Source: Saprospiraceae bacterium (GTDB lineage: Bacteria; Bacteroidota; Bacteroidia; Chitinophagales; Saprospiraceae). From it: 64,000 nucleotides of DNA. Numbering within the stretch: position 1 is the first letter of the stretch; each line of letters begins with the position of its first letter. The notes beneath the pieces are model-generated. The model was given only the letters and a program-made list of their open reading frames with translations. It ran no database searches and was not told the origin of the DNA. Shown one piece after another: positions 58,517 to 64,000 of this stretch. The stretch is taken from NCBI GenBank assembly GCA_031417835.1, contig JANOWJ010000138.1:58129-122128 (forward strand). Reading direction: 5' to 3'. The position numbers and the translations under genes are program-made.

Positions 58517-58606
58517 GAGCAGCGAAGACGCAGCGCAGAATTGATTTTCTACATTCGAAACATTCGTCATTAAGGTTTGCTCGCAAAGAAGCAAAGAATT
58601 GATTTT
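58517..58606. repeat. Two inverted-orientation copies of the dispersed intergenic repeat (…CGCAGAATTGATTTT; …GCAAAGAATTGATTTT)
   Basis: 58517-58548 is GAGCAGCGAAGACGCAGCGCAGAATTGATTTT. 58579-58606 is GCTCGCAAAGAAGCAAAGAATTGATTTT. Their reverse complements match the units at 15331-15470. Confidence 0.7.
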
Positions 58607-58657
58607 AAACAAACGAGAAATTTGAATCACCGTTATTTGTTTTTGCGTCATTCTAAA

Positions 58658-58697
58658 CATTCATTCATTCATTCATTCGAATGATTCGAATCATTCG
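58658..58697. repeat. (CATT)5 microsatellite abutting a perfect 20-nt palindrome CGAATGATTCGAATCATTCG
   Basis: Read directly. CATT x5 at 58658-58677 and the palindrome at 58678-58697, 15 nt beyond the moaA stop. Confidence 0.9.
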
Positions 58698-58711
58698 TCA
58701 TTTCTCTCCCC

Positions 58712-59692
58712 TCATCCCCCAATCGTGATCATACTCCGATTCTCCAACTCCTCCACATGTATCTTTTGCATGTCCCCCTCAAACTGCCCACCAAGCGCCT
58801 TATGCTTAGCCATAATATTCTGATGGATCAAAGCCACTATATCTTCACCTTTACGTAAGGCTGTTAGCAGATCGGTCTCCCCCTTAGAAAATAAACAATT
58901 TTTGATCTTACCATCTGCAGTTAGCCGGATCCGATTACAACCCTCACAGAAAGGAGCACTCATCGTACTGATCACTGCAAAAGTGCCTTGATGGCCGACG
59001 GCTCTAAATTTTTTATCGGTATCGTGAAAACCATTGTGCAGGGACTCTATCTCATACTTAGTTTGTATCGTATCGAGCATTTCCTGTAGAGTCACTACCT
59101 TATTACTGGTCCATCGATTGCCAGCAAATGGCATAAACTCTATAAATCGCACATGGATCGGATGATCTTTGGTCCATGCTACAAAATCGAGTAACTCTGC
59201 ATCATTGAGTCCTTTCATCACCACCATATTGATCTTGACATGAAACCCGCGGTCGATGAGCAGATGGATATTATCTATCGTCCGTTGAAACTGATCCCGC
59301 CGCGTCATAAAAATGAATCGATCTTTGTCCAATGTATCGAGACTGACATTGAGTGAGGTAAGATCTGCTTTGACAAAGGTCTCGATAAAGTCATGGACAC
59401 GCGTCGCGTTGGTAGTCAAGGTGAGTTTGACAGGAAGTTTGGCCAGCCGCAGGATGATATCGGCAGCATCTTTGCGGACCAAGGGCTCGCCGCCGGTGAG
59501 TCGGATTTTATTGACCCCCAGATCTACGAAAGTCTTAGCCAAAGATTCTATCTCATCAGCTTGCATCAGCCTCGATGCTGGGGTAAAGTCATAGTCTTCC
59601 TCGGGCATACAGTAGAAGCAACGCAGATTACAATTGTCTGTAAGCGAGATGCGGAGGTAGGTGTGGGTACGGCCGTGCGTGTCTTGAATCAT
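58712..59692 (-). CDS. moaA: GTP 3',8-cyclase MoaA (radical SAM)
   Basis: CNLRCFYCMPEE radical-SAM cluster motif, a C-terminal second cluster (CEGCNRIRLTADGKIKNC) and a terminal GG. 326 aa. Confidence 0.95.
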   Translation of the reverse strand: MIQDTHGRTHTYLRISLTDNCNLRCFYCMPEEDYDFTPASRLMQADEIESLAKTFVDLGVNKIRLTGGEPLVRKDAADIILRLAKLPVKLTLTTNATRVHDFIETFVKADLTSLNVSLDTLDKDRFIFMTRRDQFQRTIDNIHLLIDRGFHVKINMVVMKGLNDAELLDFVAWTKDHPIHVRFIEFMPFAGNRWTSNKVVTLQEMLDTIQTKYEIESLHNGFHDTDKKFRAVGHQGTFAVISTMSAPFCEGCNRIRLTADGKIKNCLFSKGETDLLTALRKGEDIVALIHQNIMAKHKALGGQFEGDMQKIHVEELENRSMITIGG

Positions 59693-59696
59693 GTGG

Positions 59697-60029
59697 TTAG
59701 GCTATTGCTTTGTTTTGATTCTTTTTGGGCTTCCAAAAGACCTTAATTCCTTTTACATTAACCTTTTTTCTGGCCTTGGCGAGGTCAAAATTCCTTTGCA
59801 CAGTCATCCAAAACTCGGCATCGGTATTCGTAAATGCAGCCCCTAATCGCACAGCCATTTCTGGGGATACGCTCTGGCGCTTATTGATCAGTGCTGATAG
59901 GGTTTTGCGCGTAATACCTAACCCGAATGCTATCTCAGTTATGGTCAAAGCCTTGCCGGTTTCTTCCTTTATTCCTTCTATTGTTTCCTGAATTAATTCC
60001 CCAGGGTGGGCAGGATCGAAAAATAACAT
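59697..60029 (-). CDS. higA: HigA-family antitoxin (Xre-type HTH)
   Basis: HPGELIQETIE...LTITEIAFGLGITRKTLSALINKRQSVSPEMAVRLGAAFTNTDAEFWMTVQRNFDL matches the HigA pattern. The stop lies 4 nt before the moaA ATG. Confidence 0.85.
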   Translation of the reverse strand: MLFFDPAHPGELIQETIEGIKEETGKALTITEIAFGLGITRKTLSALINKRQSVSPEMAVRLGAAFTNTDAEFWMTVQRNFDLAKARKKVNVKGIKVFWKPKKNQNKAIA

Positions 60030-60160
60030 AATTTAAATTTGATGGTATCAACAAAATCTCTGAGCAGCTCTTTGGGTCCCCTTCACCACAAAATGTGATA
60101 TGCCTTTGTGCTTGAAGTAAAGTTTCATTGTCCAAATGTAACGCTAAAGGTGTCAAGTTG
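60030..60160 (-). pseudogene. Decayed HigB (plasmid-killer/RelE-like toxin) C-terminal remnant
   Basis: The minus-strand translation QRHITFCGEGDP resembles the conserved HigB tail (WR-x-TFRFEGGDA). It then needs a frameshift, and there is no room for the N-terminal half before the next gene at 60245. Confidence 0.45.
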
Positions 60161-60244
60161 CTAATTTAGATTTACTAAAACTTAATTTGAATATTCACTG
60201 AAACACCTAAAATTTGATCTAAATTGAGTTAAAATTTTACTCAT

Positions 60245-61063
60245 ATGCAACGACGAAAATTCCTCCAAAACAGCTCTAGTGGCTTTTTACTTTTGGCAGG
60301 TGGCCAAGTCATTAAAACCGATAACTCTTGGATCGACGCTTTGGAAGCTAAAAAATTAAGGCTACGTTTTGTAGTTGCTTCAGATGGCCATTACGGGCAA
60401 CCTAATACCGACTATGCTATCTTTTTTAAATCTTTAGTAGATCGGGTCAATGCAGAACATTCAACCAATCCTTTTGCATTTTGTATGATCAACGGCGATA
60501 TCATCCACGATGACAAAAAACATTGCCCTGCTGCTAAAAGTGCACTCGACCAATTAAAAATGAAGTATTATGTAAGCCAAGGCAACCACGATATGCTTAC
60601 AGCCTCGGAGTGGCAACAGACCTGGAAGATGCCTATTAATTTGCAATTTAGCATCAAAAAAAACAGTTTCGTCATAGCGTCCACTTCCAATGAAACAGGC
60701 AAATATCTATGTCCAGATCTGAGCTGGATGGCCACCACCTTGGAAAGTATGAAGCGACAGAAAAATGTATTCGTATTTATTCATATCAATCCTGTCAAAC
60801 TCACCACTCATGCAGTCGATTGTCCTGAATTTTTACAATTACTGAAAAGATATAAAAACGTACGAGCTGTATTTAATGGTCATGATCACGATGAAGAAAA
60901 AATAAAGCTGAAAGAAAACATCCCGTTTGTGTTTGATGCCCATTTTGGAGGCAATTGGGGTACAGACTATCGGGGATTCCGAATTGTGGAGTTGTATTCA
61001 GACAATACTATTGCAACCTGGGTGATGAATCCGGAAGTAAAAATCAATGAAGCTGCCTTGTAG
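60245..61063 (+). CDS. Calcineurin-like metallophosphoesterase with Tat leader
   Basis: MQRRKFLQNSSSGFLLLAGG leader. Motifs SDGHYG, NGDIIHD, GNHD, GHDHD. Confidence 0.85.
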   Translation: MQRRKFLQNSSSGFLLLAGGQVIKTDNSWIDALEAKKLRLRFVVASDGHYGQPNTDYAIFFKSLVDRVNAEHSTNPFAFCMINGDIIHDDKKHCPAAKSALDQLKMKYYVSQGNHDMLTASEWQQTWKMPINLQFSIKKNSFVIASTSNETGKYLCPDLSWMATTLESMKRQKNVFVFIHINPVKLTTHAVDCPEFLQLLKRYKNVRAVFNGHDHDEEKIKLKENIPFVFDAHFGGNWGTDYRGFRIVELYSDNTIATWVMNPEVKINEAAL

Positions 61064-61243
61064 ATTCCAAGCTGAATCCATATCAACCAATTATTCGATA
61101 AATAGTCTACTATATAGATATCAAAAACACGGAGGTGGCGTTAATAATCTTGAATTAGGAAGTGCTTTTGTCAATGCTTATGTCTGGACTAATAAGTTTG
61201 TGCGTTGGAATTTATTCCGGCGATTACGTTTTGATAGTTCTGA

Positions 61244-62527
61244 TTGCCTTCATTCCCTCATCTCAATCGGTCCAAAACCAATTCATTTTTTATCCCGATA
61301 TTCAGCCTTAAATACACAATCAAGCCTATGAAAACAAAATGGATGTCTTGTTGGATGCTGGTTTTTATGACTATAAATCTTTATGCCCAAGCCTCGATTG
61401 AAAAACTTATCCAGACTCAAATGATCCTTGCTGAAGATGGGTCAGTGATAGAATTAAAAGAAGGCTTCAGTACCATTAGCAATAGCCTATCTATTGACGG
61501 CAAAAAAAATATTACCATCCGGGGCAAAGGAATCGATAAAACCATACTTTCATTTAAAGGCCAAACCTCTGGAGCAGAAGGTATCAAAATCACGAATTGT
61601 GAACATGTCACTCTTGAAGACCTTACAGTACAAGACTCCAAAGGCGACCTGATCAAAGCCATGCATGTAAATGGACTGACACTAAGACGAGTCAAAGCAG
61701 AGTGGACCGGTAAGCCTAGTAAAAACAATGGGAGCTATGCCCTGTACCCTGTGCTCTGTGACCAGGTGCTCATCGACAGCTGTGTCGCTATAGGTGCTTC
61801 AGATGCCGGGATCTACGTGGGCCAGTCTAAAAATATTGTTGTAAAAAATTGCCTGGCTTATCACAATGTAGCCGGCATTGAAATTGAAAACTCATTGTAT
61901 GCAGAGGTATTCAATAATACTGCGGTAAATAATACAGGAGGAATCCTAATTTTCGATTTACCAGATTTGGTTCAAAAAAAAGGTGGTTATGTACGAGTAT
62001 ATAATAATCTCGTCAAAGAAAACAATCTGACCAATTTTGCCCCTAAGGGAAATATTGTGGCTAAAGTGCCTAAAGGTACCGGCATCTTAATATTGGCAAC
62101 GAGCCATGTAGAAATATTTGATAATCAGGTGCTTCAAAACAGGACCTCCGGTGTGAGCATCATCAGCTACTTTATGACTGAAAACAAAATCACCGATACC
62201 GCTTATTATCCTTATCCCACTGCAATCTATATCCACGACAATACGTTTGAGCGAGATCCGGGTCGAGTACCTTTCAAAGGCAGGTTTGCCAAAATATATT
62301 GGTTCAAATTAAAATTTGGACGCGATGTGCCACACATTGTATACGACGGCATCCTGGATAAAGATTCATTTGATGTCAATGGCAAGGAAAAACCTGAAAA
62401 CAAAATCTGTATCCGTAACAATAAAAATCAAAGTGTGGCGAATATGGATGCGGAACATGGATTTAAAAATGTATCTCGAGATGCGGCACCATTTGATTGT
62501 ACACATAAGATGATATATATGCGCTAA
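61244..62527 (+). CDS. Secreted right-handed parallel beta-helix repeat protein (NosD/CASH-like); likely start ATG 61328
   Basis: Leader MKTKWMSCWMLVFMTINLYAQ. Repeated approximately 23-aa turns with GI-x-I/NN motifs (AGIEIENS, NNTGGILIFD, TGILILAT, SGVSII). Confidence 0.75.
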   Translation: MPSFPHLNRSKTNSFFIPIFSLKYTIKPMKTKWMSCWMLVFMTINLYAQASIEKLIQTQMILAEDGSVIELKEGFSTISNSLSIDGKKNITIRGKGIDKTILSFKGQTSGAEGIKITNCEHVTLEDLTVQDSKGDLIKAMHVNGLTLRRVKAEWTGKPSKNNGSYALYPVLCDQVLIDSCVAIGASDAGIYVGQSKNIVVKNCLAYHNVAGIEIENSLYAEVFNNTAVNNTGGILIFDLPDLVQKKGGYVRVYNNLVKENNLTNFAPKGNIVAKVPKGTGILILATSHVEIFDNQVLQNRTSGVSIISYFMTENKITDTAYYPYPTAIYIHDNTFERDPGRVPFKGRFAKIYWFKLKFGRDVPHIVYDGILDKDSFDVNGKEKPENKICIRNNKNQSVANMDAEHGFKNVSRDAAPFDCTHKMIYMR

Positions 62528-62533
62528 CCCGGC

Positions 62534-63589
62534 ATGAATAAGTTTGTGACTATTGTTTTATTGATCGCTGTCCTGAGCATCCTAGCTTCAAGGCCAACAT
62601 CACTATTAGAAAAAGATGTTGCTCCATTCAAACCAAAACTTTCTGATTACGGATTTTTTGATGGAAAACTAAATGAACAGATTCCTTCGGCTCATGTGCT
62701 GCCTTATTCACTCAACGCTCCACTTTTTTCTGACTATGCTCATAAATTGCGTTTTGTAGTTTTTCCCGATCAAACCGGCGTTGTGTTTAATCCGGATTCG
62801 GTGTTTCAATTTCCAGTCGGCACTGCTATCATCAAAACATTTTTTTATTACCAGGATGAACGGAATTTAAAGAAGGGTCGCCGACTTATAGAGACTCGGA
62901 TATTGCTGCATGAACCCAAAGGATGGATCTCACTGCCTTATGTGTGGGACGATCTTCAAGCAGATGCATTTTTAGAAGTAGCTGGTGGTAATACAGAGGT
63001 GACTTGGCGGGATCACCAGGGTACAAAACGCGAATTGAACTACCGAATCCCAAATATGAATCAATGTAAAGGCTGTCATGAACGCAATGGTGTGATGACA
63101 CCGATAGGGCCTACTGCAAGACAACTCAATGGAGATTTTCAATATCCGGATCGCGCCGAAAATCAATTGCTGCGATGGAAAACATTGCATAGATTGACTG
63201 AGTTGCCGGATGATGTAAAACAAATCCCTGCTTTGGTCAATTACGATAACCCCACTGAGCCTATCGATGCAAGAGCCAGAGCCTACTTGGATGTCAATTG
63301 CGCACATTGCCATACTAAAGCCGGACCTGCACAATCGTCGGGGCTGTATTTAGAATGGAGTACCATGGATAGTACGGCACTAGGATTTTTTAAAACCCCT
63401 GTAGCTGCGGGTAGAGGATCAGGCAATTTGGCGTACGATATCGTCCCGGGCAAGCCCCAGGAAAGCATATTATTGTATAGAATGCAATCGTTGGATCCGG
63501 GAGTCATGATGCCTGAATTGAGCCGTAGCTTGGCACATACAGAAGGCATCAAATTGATCAGAGAGTGGATCAAAACGATGGAAGATTGA
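62534..63589 (+). CDS. Dihaem c-type cytochrome (I recall this as the SO2930-like family)
   Basis: Signal anchor, then two CxxCH sites (CKGCHE, CAHCHT). 351 aa, starting 6 nt after the beta-helix gene. Confidence 0.8.
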   Translation: MNKFVTIVLLIAVLSILASRPTSLLEKDVAPFKPKLSDYGFFDGKLNEQIPSAHVLPYSLNAPLFSDYAHKLRFVVFPDQTGVVFNPDSVFQFPVGTAIIKTFFYYQDERNLKKGRRLIETRILLHEPKGWISLPYVWDDLQADAFLEVAGGNTEVTWRDHQGTKRELNYRIPNMNQCKGCHERNGVMTPIGPTARQLNGDFQYPDRAENQLLRWKTLHRLTELPDDVKQIPALVNYDNPTEPIDARARAYLDVNCAHCHTKAGPAQSSGLYLEWSTMDSTALGFFKTPVAAGRGSGNLAYDIVPGKPQESILLYRMQSLDPGVMMPELSRSLAHTEGIKLIREWIKTMED

Positions 63590-63598
63590 TAAGTGCAT

Positions 63599-63628
63599 GA
63601 GACGCAGCGGAGTGAAGAATTAATTTTT
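63599..63628. repeat. Single copy of the dispersed intergenic repeat (GAGACGCAGCGGAGTGAAGAATTAATTTTT)
   Basis: Resembles 58517-58548 (GAAGACGCAGCGCAGAATTGATTTT). Confidence 0.5.
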
Positions 63629-63708
63629 ATAAAAAGGGCGTACGAGGATGCACCTCAACCAAATCATAATTAATTATCATCTTTATTAGGAAGATTAAGT
63701 ACCAGAGT

Positions 63709-64000
63709 ATGATAAAAACCAGGCAAGCATGGATCAAGTTTTATTTATTTTGGGCTCTTAGTATCATTGTTATATTCCGATTAGGTGCACAATCTGGTAA
63801 TCTTCCAAAACAAATAGACACTAAATCTTTCAATCCCGCTACCCTTAGCTGGTATACCGAACCTGCAAAAAAATGGGATGAGGCCCTTCCTGTGGGCAAT
63901 GGCAGACTTGGTGCAATGGTATTTGGCAGAAATGGTGAAGAAAGAATCCAACTCAATGAAGAAACCTATTGGTCGGGTGGTCCTTATTCCACGGTAGTGA
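63709..64000 (+). CDS. Glycoside hydrolase family 95-like (alpha-L-fucosidase type), N-terminal part; runs off the window end
   Basis: My translation: signal peptide, then [38 protein letters not shown], the characteristic GH95 N-terminal motif. Confidence 0.75.
   Translation, partial: MIKTRQAWIKFYLFWALSIIVIFRLGAQSGNLPKQIDTKSFNPATLSWYTEPAKKWDEALPVGNGRLGAMVFGRNGEERIQLNEETYWSGGPYSTVV

Overview
This is a 64-kb chromosomal segment with the hallmarks of a Bacteroidota genome: a SusC/SusD pair, T9SS C-terminal sorting domains, many twin-arginine (Tat) leaders, and several TTG/GTG starts. I call about 55 protein-coding genes, 5 probable gene relics, several intergenic repeat families and one convincing intrinsic terminator. 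I recognise no rRNA, tRNA, CRISPR array, transposase, integrase or phage genes. Gene content from left to right:
- Cell-wall enzymes: a serine hydrolase and PBP4.
- A LacI-linked SusC/SusD locus that carries only a DHDPS-family enzyme and a KGSADH-type aldehyde dehydrogenase.
- A truncated ATPase gene, ftsK, tadA and DPP-IV.
- An operon with two tandem GMC flavoproteins, a HicB-like ORF, a Tat small subunit and an MBL-fold hydrolase.
- A DUF4143-type ATPase and two tandem T9SS-secreted CotH paralogs.
- Gfo/Idh/MocA oxidoreductases paired with xylose-isomerase-like TIM barrels.
- A gluconokinase/6-phosphogluconate dehydrogenase fusion and mevalonate-PP decarboxylase.
- A membrane-enzyme cluster, then molybdenum-cofactor (Moco) genes (moeA, tauE-like, moaD, moaE, moaC/B).
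- About 10.5 kb of catabolic genes and relics: a GH106-like hydrolase, Gfo, a sulfatase, a PQQ quinohaemoprotein, and PL22 and sulfatase fragments. This block separates the Moco genes from moaA.
- moaA sits directly behind an orphan higA with a decayed higB.
- The window ends with a metallophosphoesterase, a beta-helix protein plus dihaem cytochrome pair, and a partial GH95.

I did not find a defence island. The most unusual theme is a dense set of periplasmic, Tat-dependent sugar-oxidising modules. These are the Fe-S-motif GMC paralogs that share one pilot subunit, the Tat-Gfo/TIM-barrel pairs and the PQQ quinohaemoprotein. They may feed the GntK-Gnd fusion. There is also a dispersed family of short intergenic repeats. 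All family assignments come from motif recognition by eye. No database searches or computed alignments were run.
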